From Myxococcales bacterium (GTDB lineage Bacteria; Myxococcota; UBA727; JABDBI01), in contig JAHFEG010000002.1 in NCBI GenBank assembly GCA_023248595.1, positions 51,825-115,824 of the forward strand: a stretch of 64,000 nt of DNA, given 5' to 3'. Position numbers and translations under genes: made by a program. Numbering within the stretch: position 1 is the first letter of the stretch; every line of letters begins with the position of its first letter. This document shows positions 47,274 to 57,747 of the stretch, piece after piece. Below the pieces are notes generated by a model, which did no database searches, had not been told where the DNA came from, and saw only the letters and a program-made list of their open reading frames with translations.

Positions 47274-48907
47274 AATTTAGTCACACCATGATTCAAGCGC
47301 ATTAACAAAGCCTCTCCATGGCCTTTTCCTAAAATCAACTTCACTTTATCTTCATAAACAAAACTTGTCGTTGTTTCGATATGGGGTACATGATGACAAG
47401 AACGACAAACACTTTCAGGAACTTCACGCTTAATCAATTTTTTATCACCGCTGACTGCATGCAAACTTCCAGGACCATGACAAGATTCGCACTGCACATT
47501 TTTACGAAAATCGATTTCATTCACTTTGCAATAGCCACCAGGTTCCATAAATCCAATACTGTGACATCCAATACAACTTCGATCGGATTCTTTATGCTTC
47601 TTCTCTAAGGTTGACCATGCAATCGCATGGCCTGATCTTTGTTTAATCGATAAACCTTTTTCGTCTTTCGCATTCATTTCCCAAACAGAATTTTCCCAAA
47701 CATTAACAGCCGCTTGATGGCAATTCTTGCAGGTTTGTACGCCAACATAAGTCGGCATTCCAGCCTTTACTGATTCGCAATTAACTTTTTCTTCACACTT
47801 TGCAACTAAACGGGGTAACGATTTTTCGTAAGCAAGGCGTTTTTTTTGTACCTCAAGCATCGGCGGTATTTCCTTACGAAGCGCAATCGTTCTCACCGAG
47901 AAATAAGGCCCTTGGATTTCACCGAAATTGCTTTGCATTTTTTGGGCTTTCGCTAATTCTGTCTCTATATTTTTGAGTTGTTTCTCTAAAAAAGAACGCC
48001 GCTCTAATGTTGCGTCTTTGATGTGCCTTTTTAAGGATTGCGCACGATTGAGCAATAGACGAGAACGTCTTTCACTTTTTTCTTTTCTATCATCTATCTG
48101 AAAATGGCTCGTTTTTTTTAAAGAAATATTCTTAAACTCAACGACACCTAAATATTGACCTTGCATTCCCGCAGATATGAACCAAGGCCCCTGCTCCTCC
48201 AATAATTCCGGCAATAAAGGGACTTCACTCATTTCTTGTCCTAAAATGACCACGTCAACATCTGATACACTTTGAAACCAGGTTTTCACAATTGATGTCG
48301 GTGCCTGCGCCACTGCCACAATAATATCAGCCCCCTCATTTTTTAATCGCTGTATTTCTTTTATGAAATCGGGTTTTAACAATGCTGCCTTTTCAAGTTC
48401 TGAGCCCACTCCTATTAAACCCAATTTTACCCCTGATTGGTTCAAAATTTGTCCTTGAAACGGAGCGTAATTCAAAATCGGGATTTGATGCTTCTGTAAA
48501 AAAGAACGATAAAATTGATCGCCGCGGGTTAAATCAAAAGGTCCAGGTATAGTCCCTGCAACTTTTAAGTTTTGGTAGGTTGAAAGTAGAACATCAAGCC
48601 TGGCTTCATCTTGACACAAATCAACGTCGGCCTTCTTTTCAGCAGAATCAAAAAAAAGATTGCCGGCGTCTATAAATAATAAGCGATTTTGAAAAGATTT
48701 TTGGAACTCGTCGATAATAAAGGCTAATCTGTCCAATCCGCCTAAAGGATCAGCGGTACAACCACAAGGTTCAATATAACCTCGCACATTCGTTGTAAAA
48801 AGCAGCGCAAAGGTGTCTTTGTTTTCTTTTGCACACTGACAATTGCTTAAAAAAAGCAAAAACAACATCCGTAAAAATTTGCACTGCAGATAAAATGCCC
48901 TCATCAA
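47270..48907 (-). CDS. Tetraheme c-type cytochrome with N-terminal degenerate metallophosphatase/5'-nucleotidase-like domain; probable lipoprotein
   Basis: Four CxxCH motifs lie within ~120 aa (CKNCH, CIGCH, CESCH, CRSCH). The N-terminal region LLFTTNVRGYIEP...IDAGNLFF resembles calcineurin-like motifs I-III, but the metal-ligand Asp/His are substituted. The N-terminal signal has a Cys (LFLSNCQC). Confidence 0.6.
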   Translation of the reverse strand: MMRAFYLQCKFLRMLFLLFLSNCQCAKENKDTFALLFTTNVRGYIEPCGCTADPLGGLDRLAFIIDEFQKSFQNRLLFIDAGNLFFDSAEKKADVDLCQDEARLDVLLSTYQNLKVAGTIPGPFDLTRGDQFYRSFLQKHQIPILNYAPFQGQILNQSGVKLGLIGVGSELEKAALLKPDFIKEIQRLKNEGADIIVAVAQAPTSIVKTWFQSVSDVDVVILGQEMSEVPLLPELLEEQGPWFISAGMQGQYLGVVEFKNISLKKTSHFQIDDRKEKSERRSRLLLNRAQSLKRHIKDATLERRSFLEKQLKNIETELAKAQKMQSNFGEIQGPYFSVRTIALRKEIPPMLEVQKKRLAYEKSLPRLVAKCEEKVNCESVKAGMPTYVGVQTCKNCHQAAVNVWENSVWEMNAKDEKGLSIKQRSGHAIAWSTLEKKHKESDRSCIGCHSIGFMEPGGYCKVNEIDFRKNVQCESCHGPGSLHAVSGDKKLIKREVPESVCRSCHHVPHIETTTSFVYEDKVKLILGKGHGEALLMRLNHGVTKF

Positions 48908-48910
48908 AAC

Positions 48911-49546
48911 TTATCCTATGTCTTCAACTTCCTTTTCTTCATCAAAGCGGCGTCCTAAAAGCTCAGCGGCCAAAGGCAAATCCAGCTCTGAATCTAACCT
49001 ACCTCTATAAGCTTGAAATCCGCAATAAATACAAGAAAAATAACCATCACCACTCGAAGCCCTGGCCAATACAACTCCCATACTATGGCATTTGGGGCAT
49101 TCACTTCTAGAATATTGTCGTTTTTTAGGACCGCCAGCGATCGGACCACCGTCTTTCTTATAGTTTAAGGATATTACAGCTGGCTTTTTTTTAGAAAGAG
49201 TTGTGCGCCCATCTATATTAGCTGCATTTTTCACTGCTAAAGTAACCCCGGCTTCCTTCGTGCTTTTGTTTTTATTATTTTTCTTAAATTGCATACGATA
49301 ACAATCAATTGCTTCTTTTATTTTATCTTCCATCCTTGAAACTTCTTCCAATGTTTTCCAGCTTTCTAAAACGGTTTCTTCCAAGGTCTCGCGTGCTGTC
49401 ATTTCTTCCCGCAGAAGCATGCCTGGTTTTGCCTGAATGCGGTAGCCTGTCAATATTTTGGCAACAGTTGTTTTTGATAGTTTAGTATAAGGACGCTTAG
49501 TAAGAGTCAGAATTTCATGCAATAACGAATCCCTGGCCGTCATCAT
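48911..49546 (-). CDS. Hypothetical protein with C-terminal 4-Cys zinc ribbon
   Basis: CPKCHSMG...CIYCGF lies near the C-terminus. The rest is charged and helical. Confidence 0.4.
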   Translation of the reverse strand: MMTARDSLLHEILTLTKRPYTKLSKTTVAKILTGYRIQAKPGMLLREEMTARETLEETVLESWKTLEEVSRMEDKIKEAIDCYRMQFKKNNKNKSTKEAGVTLAVKNAANIDGRTTLSKKKPAVISLNYKKDGGPIAGGPKKRQYSRSECPKCHSMGVVLARASSGDGYFSCIYCGFQAYRGRLDSELDLPLAAELLGRRFDEEKEVEDIG

Positions 49547-49694
49547 CTTCTAATTCCCCTTGTTAAAAATAAAGCAAACATGCTTTTTGCTTTTCATAAA
49601 TGACTCTTTGTTGCCTTACAAGAAAATTGACGACAAAAAACAAAACACGTTCTTTTTTTTACCCCCAATATTGTAGAAGCCTAAGGATCAAGGC

Positions 49695-52600
49695 ATGATA
49701 GCCGCAATGCGCTATTTTTTTTTAATCAAGACATGGATCTGGATGGTGGTTTTTTGCTGGGCCTCACACCCTCTTATTGCTAATCCAGTTTTGGATATTC
49801 TAAATCAATCGATTCCAGACCTCGTCCTTAAAATCATTCATGAAAACATTAACGGACATATTCAAGTTCAAAAGGTGACGTTCTCTGCACCTTCTACGCT
49901 CATTTTTGATCAGCTCCAGTTAAAAGATCACCAGCAACAAACTGTGGTTAGTATTAAAAAAGTGACCCTTGATCTTTCTTTGCTATCCTTATTGATTGGA
50001 AAAATAAAAGCGGCTTCTATTATAGCCGAGAATCCTGATTTCCATCTGGAAACAAATGAAGGGGAACTCAATCTTTCTAAAATTTTTTCAAAAATTTCCA
50101 CAAAAAAAACAGACACGCTGCTTCCTCTCATCGATTTAAGCCATATTCAAATTAACAACGGCCGTGTGACGTGGATCGACGAGGGAAATACTAAATTTTT
50201 TTTTGATAAAATTTTCAGTTCTGGACAGATTAAGTTAGCGCCCCAAGGTGCTGAAATCCACGTTATGTCCTTAAAAAGTCGACAAGGAAATTTCTCTTTT
50301 GAACAAAAGAAATGGAACATTCAGGAATTGGTTTTGGAGAATGCATTTTACAAGAATCAACTTTTAAAATTTAAAAATCTAACGGCCAAATTACTTGATA
50401 CCCCCATTCAAGCTCAAGGCAGCATCTACTTTCAAGGACAGCGCTTTTTAATCAAGTCCCAAATAGGACCCCTCGAAATTTTTGACTTGTCCGTCAAAAA
50501 AACCCTATTAGATTTAGAAATTGACACCAAACTTGTTTTGCTCAAAAAAGCGAGCCTGGAATTAAATGACAGTGCAACCATTTGGGCACAAGGCACACTT
50601 GACTTAAATACGAATGCCTTAAAAATAAATTCTAAAATAAATCGATTATCCTTTAACACTTTAAGAAAAACACTAAATCTTGACATAGGGGCGGACGCTC
50701 ATCTGTCGGGACAGGTAGACGCATCGGGTATTATTTCTGACAATAATCCCATCCAAATTAAGGCAAACACAGATGTCGATAATTTAACCGCGCATGATTT
50801 CCAATTGCCATCTTCTAGGCTTGCCTTGGATCTTCTTTTTACACCACGAAAAAATATAAAATTGATTAAAGCAAGTTTAAATGGAAGTGCTTTCAGTTTA
50901 AGCCTTACTGGCAATATTGATTTAGAAACCAAAAACAGAACCATCGCTTTCGATCTAGATGCCCAAAATCCACACCTTTTTTACAGTAAAATACCTGAAG
51001 ATATCTTAGCAAAAGGATTTCACGCAACGGGTCAACTCGCAGGCTCTCCTCAAGAATTATCGCTTCAGGCGCAATTGCAATTAGATGCATTCCAAAAAGA
51101 CACGACCTTTGGTAAAAATTTGTCCGCTGCACTCCATATCAACCAGCACACCATCTCTCTTAAAAATATAACCGGAACACTGGCTGCAGGGCATGTTCAA
51201 GGAAATGTATTTATCGATAGAAAAAATAATAAAGCTATCTCCGGTGGGCTTCAATTGAGTGATGCCTCTTTCAATCAAATACCAATTCCAGCATCGCTAC
51301 GTTCGCAGATCAGCGGCAATATTCATTCTCAAATCAGCATCTCAGGAAATTTACAACAGCCCAAATTACAAGCAAAAACCCAATTCTTAAACGTTCATCT
51401 GCAGAATTTATTTTTTCAAAAAATTGAGACCAGACTGACCTATTTCGATCATCAAATCCAATTGAACGGACTAGAAGCTCATATGCCGTATGGCGACATC
51501 AGTGCACCTCTCATAACCATCAATTTACTTAAAAAAAGCATCCAAGGCTTGCTCGTCGTGCATCACTTATCGCTTCAAGAGATACCGCAATTGAGCAAAT
51601 ACGACGTTATGGGTATTGCCTCAGGTTCACTGCAAATAAGCAACAATTTTGATCAACCAAAAATTGAAGGATATTTAAGCTTAAAAAATGTCACCTGGAA
51701 AAAACAAGAAATTGGAAACGGCAGAACTTTTATCTGGTATCAGCCTAGTCAAAATCCATTTTTACAATTGAGCGGTGAACTGAAGCAAGAAGATGCCTTA
51801 ATTCTTTATCGTTCAACAATTGATATTGCTCATGAAAAAATTCGCGCAGAAATTACCTTGAAAGATATCTCCATATTACCGTGGGCATCGCTACCCTCCT
51901 CCTTCACCATGCCCCTTAAAGGAAAAATTTCTGGGGAATTACAAATTAATGGTTCACTCAGTTTGCCCAACATTAAAACCCAAATTATTTCCTCTGATAT
52001 TCAATATCAAGAAAATATCACAAGCGATTACCCTGTACCGCGCCTAGAAAAGCAATGGGTATCCGCAGGACCCCTTCTCTTGTCTGCTGAAACCAAAAAT
52101 GGACAAATTACCGCTTCTTTATGCGCATTTCCTCAAAATTTTTCGCAGGTCACGTGCACAAAAGATGACCGCTTGCATCTCACTATCAACGGTTTTTTGA
52201 CTTCGTTGCATGATTATGATTTACAAGTAGATGGCACATTCAATCTCAAAAAGCTTGAACAATGGATTCGCTTTATTAAAAAAGAATTTAATTCAGTTGA
52301 TGCAAGTTTCAAAATTCATACTCGCCTGACTCAAAAAACACAGCAAAAAAGGCTCACATTTAATGGCCAAGCAGACTTCGCATCTCTTTTTATTGCAATG
52401 CCGGGCTTGGTGCCAGTTACCATAAAACAAGAGGCAAAAATTCAGTTTGACAATCATGGCATTCAATTTCTTTCTCCTGCTCTTTTATCTCTGGCAACAG
52501 GTCAATTATCTATCAGTGGTTTTGCTTTTGATTCGCAACTAAAATTAGATTTAAGCGGCCGCATACCGCTCGTTTTTACTAAATATTTTATACCTTTTTT

Positions 52601-53858
52601 TACATCAGCTGATGGTCTTGCCACAGGAGAATTAAAACTCCGAGGCTCATTTAAAAACCCCTTTATTGATGGACACATAACCCCAGACAAAGGCGCTTTT
52701 ATCAAGCCAAGTGTCATTTTCGATGACATTGTTTTTAATAGTGGCCAAATTAATTTTAAGAGTAATGAATCTCACAAAACTCTTTCTGTTTGGTTTGACA
52801 AACTTGATATGATGGTCGGTGATGGGCACGCCCACTTAAATGGAAAAGCCACGCTACATACACAATATCAGCCTAATTCAAATCGTTTTGCTTTCTGGGA
52901 TTTGCAATTGCAAGGCAATGAAATTGTTTTAAGGAACCAAAGAGATTGGATAGAAACAAATTTTAATGTCTTGCTTCACACAAGTGATAAAAAAGACACT
53001 CTTTCTGGAAAACTCAATATTAGCGATGGCTATTTATTTAAAAAATTCTCCTTTCAAAATTTTATTTTATCTTCTGATAAGACAAATACCTTCGAACTAC
53101 CCAAATGGCTGTGGCCTGTCCAAGTTGATATGAAAATTGCAGCCTCTTCGTTTCATGCCCAGACACAAATGTCTGCATTCTTCATTGATAGTCAGTTGAC
53201 AGCAAACTTCGATTTGATTGGCACTTTAGCCTCGCCCAGACTAATTGGCTCCATGGATATAGTCGAAGGAATTTTTAAATTTCCATTACTTTATTTTGAA
53301 ATCCCATCAACATCTATACCATTTAAAAATACACCAGGCCGCTTTGTTGATCCACAAATCCGCATCTTCGCTTATGCTGATTTACCTCACAAGCGTTTTA
53401 ATTTATCAGACGACACCTCTGTCGAATTAAGCCTGATGGGTAATCTTGAACAAATGAAATTGGACATTAAAACGCTCTCTGGAGATAAAACGTTTGATCG
53501 CAATAGACTACTTTTATTGTTGCTGGGAGCCAGTAATGGCGGAACTGAAATGCTGGAAGAAATGCTTTCATCTTATACCGGAACACGTATTTTAATTAGC
53601 AGCGCACTACAAACAGAAGGGGTTGCCACTCAGGTGCAGTGGCAGCTAAATCCCAGACTAGAGTTTGAGGGAACGGCAAAAACAACTGCTGCAAACGTTA
53701 ATTTGCAAGATCTTAAATTAAAATTAATGCTTTTTGATCATCTGCCTTTTGGCCATCAACTTTTCTTAGAAAGCGTTCTTTTCTCACCTGCTACAGAAGG
53801 ATCTGATACGAATATAAAAGAAGATCTTCGACTAAAATTTAGAGTATTAGAACAATGA
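49695..53858 (+). CDS. tamB: TamB/AsmA-like translocation-and-assembly module protein
   Basis: It has an N-terminal signal anchor (FFLIKTWIWMVVFCWASHP). About 1300 aa of beta-rich repeats with (I/L)xGx(I/L)xL periodicity follow, then a DUF490-like C-terminus. Its stop overlaps the start of the Omp85 gene. Confidence 0.55.
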   Translation: MIAAMRYFFLIKTWIWMVVFCWASHPLIANPVLDILNQSIPDLVLKIIHENINGHIQVQKVTFSAPSTLIFDQLQLKDHQQQTVVSIKKVTLDLSLLSLLIGKIKAASIIAENPDFHLETNEGELNLSKIFSKISTKKTDTLLPLIDLSHIQINNGRVTWIDEGNTKFFFDKIFSSGQIKLAPQGAEIHVMSLKSRQGNFSFEQKKWNIQELVLENAFYKNQLLKFKNLTAKLLDTPIQAQGSIYFQGQRFLIKSQIGPLEIFDLSVKKTLLDLEIDTKLVLLKKASLELNDSATIWAQGTLDLNTNALKINSKINRLSFNTLRKTLNLDIGADAHLSGQVDASGIISDNNPIQIKANTDVDNLTAHDFQLPSSRLALDLLFTPRKNIKLIKASLNGSAFSLSLTGNIDLETKNRTIAFDLDAQNPHLFYSKIPEDILAKGFHATGQLAGSPQELSLQAQLQLDAFQKDTTFGKNLSAALHINQHTISLKNITGTLAAGHVQGNVFIDRKNNKAISGGLQLSDASFNQIPIPASLRSQISGNIHSQISISGNLQQPKLQAKTQFLNVHLQNLFFQKIETRLTYFDHQIQLNGLEAHMPYGDISAPLITINLLKKSIQGLLVVHHLSLQEIPQLSKYDVMGIASGSLQISNNFDQPKIEGYLSLKNVTWKKQEIGNGRTFIWYQPSQNPFLQLSGELKQEDALILYRSTIDIAHEKIRAEITLKDISILPWASLPSSFTMPLKGKISGELQINGSLSLPNIKTQIISSDIQYQENITSDYPVPRLEKQWVSAGPLLLSAETKNGQITASLCAFPQNFSQVTCTKDDRLHLTINGFLTSLHDYDLQVDGTFNLKKLEQWIRFIKKEFNSVDASFKIHTRLTQKTQQKRLTFNGQADFASLFIAMPGLVPVTIKQEAKIQFDNHGIQFLSPALLSLATGQLSISGFAFDSQLKLDLSGRIPLVFTKYFIPFFTSADGLATGELKLRGSFKNPFIDGHITPDKGAFIKPSVIFDDIVFNSGQINFKSNESHKTLSVWFDKLDMMVGDGHAHLNGKATLHTQYQPNSNRFAFWDLQLQGNEIVLRNQRDWIETNFNVLLHTSDKKDTLSGKLNISDGYLFKKFSFQNFILSSDKTNTFELPKWLWPVQVDMKIAASSFHAQTQMSAFFIDSQLTANFDLIGTLASPRLIGSMDIVEGIFKFPLLYFEIPSTSIPFKNTPGRFVDPQIRIFAYADLPHKRFNLSDDTSVELSLMGNLEQMKLDIKTLSGDKTFDRNRLLLLLLGASNGGTEMLEEMLSSYTGTRILISSALQTEGVATQVQWQLNPRLEFEGTAKTTAANVNLQDLKLKLMLFDHLPFGHQLFLESVLFSPATEGSDTNIKEDLRLKFRVLEQ

Positions 53859-56800
53859 TACGATTGTTACTGCCAGCGATTTTTGCTGGATGTCTATCAA
53901 TTGCAGCAAATTCGACACCTGCTGATCCAAATTCTGCATTGATTACCAACATAGAAGCGATCGTAAACCTGCCGATCGATAACAATGAAAACAACGAATT
54001 GGTTCACTACTTAGCAGCATTACTGCAAAATAAAGCAGATAGTCATGCTCTTGCATTAGCAAGGAATCGTCTAGAAATCCTTAAGATATATAAAAAAATA
54101 TCCTGCGATTTCAAAAGCCATTCAGGTCAAACTACATTGTTATGCCAGCTTGAACGAATCCCAATCATCAGAAAAATTATTATTCAAAACTTACCCGTCA
54201 TCTTGCTTGAAAAGGATTTACGTAAACGATTATCAATTGAAACTGGCGAACCTTTTGATATTGATACTACAGATAGCGATATACAAATGTATCAAATACA
54301 AAAAACTGTCACATCGTTCTTGGAAAGACAAGGATATTTTGATGCCAAAGTAACCGTTGATTACAAATCCATCATCAACACCTCCACTCTAGATATCCTT
54401 ATAAATATCGAAACTGGCTCATTTCGCCGTGTTAACCGCGTGACTTTGTCACCGAGCATTACCTTTGAACAAGCTAAGATAAGAGGAATGTTTCAAAACA
54501 TGTGTCGCTACTTTCGTTATACTTTTGAAGCTATCGGTATGGGAGGTTTCAATTGTTATTCTCGTGAAAGAGAAAGAGATACCATACAAGATTTACAAAT
54601 TTTACTAGACGAAAAAGGCTACAATACAGCCTCTATATTGACACAAAAAACCATTTTAGATCCACTCGATTCAAATACACCTAAAAAATGCAGAGCCACA
54701 CGCCAAGATTTAAATAAATTGAAAAAAAATGGGATTAAACCACCCTCGCGGTGCCTAAATATGCATGTAACTGTTGATTTGGGGCCTCAAATCATTACCG
54801 AATTTGTTTTTGATAAAGCACAAACACTCACTCTTTCGCCTACAGAAATATTTTTCAGAAATTTCTTTACTGTCGAGTTTTTCTCAAGATTTCTGAATGC
54901 TTCTTTTACAGGTGCAAGCTGGCCTGCCGATGAAACGATTCTTGTCAATGAACTGAGAAATGCCCTTACTTTTTCTACTTCACACAAAATTGATGAAAAA
55001 GAGATTGCTTATTCTGTGGAAAACATAAAATCTATCTTAGCCAAAAGAGGCTACACGCTCGCAAACGTCAAAACTGAGCAAGATAATATACATGATAAGA
55101 TTATCTCTATCAAATTTTTTATCATGGCTAAAAATCCTTTAGCTGTCACTAAAATTTTCTTTGTTGGTGATCCTATTTTTTCGAATCATAAAATTTTAAA
55201 AGAAGTTTCTTTATCGCTTTTACCTCGCTCTGCTTTTCATTCTGGACATTTTAACAACGTTTTACTTGCCGCTGATACAGAGAAAATAAAATATTTCTAT
55301 ATAAATCGAGGCTATCATGATGTTCAAATTAAGACAGAAAGCAGAGTAGAGACCGACGGCGTACACATATGGTACCAAATTATTCCAGGTCAAAAATACA
55401 CAATTCAAGAACTCGTTATTGAAAATAGCCACCCCGAATTATTACCGCAAATACTGCCTTTGCTATCTAACTGCCAACAGGCCAAAAACAGTCCAATTAA
55501 ACCACTAAAATCAACAGATATCTGCACAAAAAGCCCGTATTTACCTCAGTTTATTGTTGATGATGAAAATCGCATTCTTGATGTCTACCGTTCCAATGGC
55601 TATCTTCATACAAAAGTAAAAACAAAAGTTGTCAAAAATGGATTCAACGCTCTATTGGTTTTTTATCTAAATCCACCTGAAGAAAATCAGCAGACATACG
55701 TCAAGGGAATCCTAATTGATGGTAACACTGTCACGCGAAGTTCAGCCATGATAAGACAGTTAGGAACTCCTTTATTTCTACCAGACACAATTCTTAATTT
55801 GCCTAAATTAGAAGAAGGAGTTGCCAGACTTAGGCAAACCAACCTGTATTCGCGCATCAATTACCGTTACCTAAATGAAAATAAAGATAGCACCTACATC
55901 TTACTTTCCGTTGTAGAAAAGCCTTCTTTAACAATTGATTTATCCCTTAGCTTTAGTACCGACAACCTCTTCTCTCTGGGTGGCGAAATCCATGAATCCA
56001 ATTTATTTGGAAACATGTTACAACTGACAAGCGAAATTGATTTAGGTTTATTCTGGGGTCGAAAAAGCAACATTAAAAATACCTTTCGATGGCCTTGGAT
56101 TTACGGCTTACCACTTAATTTTGAATTAGTCGTTCCTCAAATTATTTACACAAAAAATCCAACCAGAGATCCGCCGGAACGCCATTTGTTAGCGCAAGTA
56201 ATTGCCAGTTTGGAGTGGCAACTTTCTTCCACCCTCTACCCTTACATGAAATATGAAACCCGTTGGGATAAATGGCAGCAGCAATATGAACCTTCTCAGT
56301 CCAATCCGAATTTTATCAATATTTTTAAAAATTGGGATGGACTTTTGTTTGTTTGGGAAGAATCAGCCACGGTACGAAGTGTGTTAACACCTGGTGTCAA
56401 CTATATGAATGTTGATCATCCTTTTAATCCCAAGCGGGGCTTAAAGCTTAATTTGTCAACTGATCTTAGTTTCTCGTTATTGGGCGCCCAAATTCCTTTC
56501 CAAATTGTAAATGCCCAAATGGCCCATTATTTTACGGCCGGCCCTTTTACTTTTGCTTCTCAGCTAATTTTCCGTCGTGCTTTTATTGAAAATCCAGATT
56601 CTACATGGTGGGTTTTAAAATATCAATCTGATATGGATTCTATTGGTGGCGATCGCAGTGTTAGAGGCTATCAACCAGGAACCATTGGTATTTGGGGACC
56701 GATGCTGAACAATCGCGACGGAAAAATCCTGCTCGACAAGGACAACAATCCCGTCATGGGTTACCACCCTGGGAATTTAAGTTTACAAGGTAATCTTGAA

Positions 56801-57094
56801 ATTAGATTTCCCATTAAAAAGAGTTTTCTAATTGGCGATCTTGACGGCGCTATTTTCACTGACTTTGCTTTCATTGATAACTGTAAAACCCTCTTTAGTT
56901 GCAACAATCTCAATTCCGTTTGGGAGCAATACAATACTTCTAGCCAGATTGGCTGGTCAGTTGGCTTAGGCCTTCGTTACGTCCTGCCCATAGGACCTAT
57001 TTCCCTGGATTACGCTATCTCTCCCATCAAGCATGCTCCTAATTGGATAGGCCGCGAATCCAGAATTCATCTTCTTTTTGGATATTCATTTTAA
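53855..57094 (+). CDS. Omp85-family outer-membrane protein (BamA/TamA-like), unusually long (1079 aa)
   Basis: It has a signal peptide and POTRA-like repeats. The C-terminal beta-barrel ends in the OMP signature ...RIHLLFGYSF, with a terminal Phe. Confidence 0.6.
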   Translation: MIRLLLPAIFAGCLSIAANSTPADPNSALITNIEAIVNLPIDNNENNELVHYLAALLQNKADSHALALARNRLEILKIYKKISCDFKSHSGQTTLLCQLERIPIIRKIIIQNLPVILLEKDLRKRLSIETGEPFDIDTTDSDIQMYQIQKTVTSFLERQGYFDAKVTVDYKSIINTSTLDILINIETGSFRRVNRVTLSPSITFEQAKIRGMFQNMCRYFRYTFEAIGMGGFNCYSRERERDTIQDLQILLDEKGYNTASILTQKTILDPLDSNTPKKCRATRQDLNKLKKNGIKPPSRCLNMHVTVDLGPQIITEFVFDKAQTLTLSPTEIFFRNFFTVEFFSRFLNASFTGASWPADETILVNELRNALTFSTSHKIDEKEIAYSVENIKSILAKRGYTLANVKTEQDNIHDKIISIKFFIMAKNPLAVTKIFFVGDPIFSNHKILKEVSLSLLPRSAFHSGHFNNVLLAADTEKIKYFYINRGYHDVQIKTESRVETDGVHIWYQIIPGQKYTIQELVIENSHPELLPQILPLLSNCQQAKNSPIKPLKSTDICTKSPYLPQFIVDDENRILDVYRSNGYLHTKVKTKVVKNGFNALLVFYLNPPEENQQTYVKGILIDGNTVTRSSAMIRQLGTPLFLPDTILNLPKLEEGVARLRQTNLYSRINYRYLNENKDSTYILLSVVEKPSLTIDLSLSFSTDNLFSLGGEIHESNLFGNMLQLTSEIDLGLFWGRKSNIKNTFRWPWIYGLPLNFELVVPQIIYTKNPTRDPPERHLLAQVIASLEWQLSSTLYPYMKYETRWDKWQQQYEPSQSNPNFINIFKNWDGLLFVWEESATVRSVLTPGVNYMNVDHPFNPKRGLKLNLSTDLSFSLLGAQIPFQIVNAQMAHYFTAGPFTFASQLIFRRAFIENPDSTWWVLKYQSDMDSIGGDRSVRGYQPGTIGIWGPMLNNRDGKILLDKDNNPVMGYHPGNLSLQGNLEIRFPIKKSFLIGDLDGAIFTDFAFIDNCKTLFSCNNLNSVWEQYNTSSQIGWSVGLGLRYVLPIGPISLDYAISPIKHAPNWIGRESRIHLLFGYSF

Positions 57095-57144
57095 AAAAAT
57101 ACCGTTTATTTGATTGATTTTGAAAAATTTGTTAGATTAAAAAC

Positions 57145-57747
57145 ATGATAGATACTAAATTGATTATTGTTGCCTTTATTGCTGTTTTATTTATTTTTAT
57201 CATAGCGGAATTTTTAATCCCTGAAAAATACAGAATGGTATTCAAATACGGATTAAGAAATTGCTCTAGCGTTTTCTATTTTATTGTATTGATTTTTATT
57301 TTCAATGATCGAAATAACGCAAGCATCGCAGAAGCAAGAGATCGTGTAATTAAATTAAATAGTTTTACCAATGATGCCATTATGAATTTATTAAACACAT
57401 TGCGACAAGAACCTAAAGAATTAAAAGGAATTTATAACGAAATTTTTGAAGACAAACCTGAAAATGGCAACCCTTTGACATATCATGAGAACTTATTTTT
57501 ATATCAAGTATTTACAACTTTTTTAAATTTATACCGTGACCATGCTGTCGCAGGAAAAGAAGCCGCTTCTCATTATGCTAATCTATATAGTTCATGGGAT
57601 AATTTTATCATGCGTGTTTTGCGCTCTTCTAAAGTAAGGAAATACTGGAATGATAACAAAAGCATGTTTGACAGTATCGACTTTATCCAATTTATAGACA
57701 ATAAACTGCCAGCGAAAATTTCCACTAATAGAAACTACCCACCATAG
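57145..57747 (+). CDS. Hypothetical membrane-anchored protein (AT-rich gene)
   Basis: 200 aa with two N-terminal hydrophobic helices. It is very AT-rich and has no motifs. Confidence 0.35.
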   Translation: MIDTKLIIVAFIAVLFIFIIAEFLIPEKYRMVFKYGLRNCSSVFYFIVLIFIFNDRNNASIAEARDRVIKLNSFTNDAIMNLLNTLRQEPKELKGIYNEIFEDKPENGNPLTYHENLFLYQVFTTFLNLYRDHAVAGKEAASHYANLYSSWDNFIMRVLRSSKVRKYWNDNKSMFDSIDFIQFIDNKLPAKISTNRNYPP

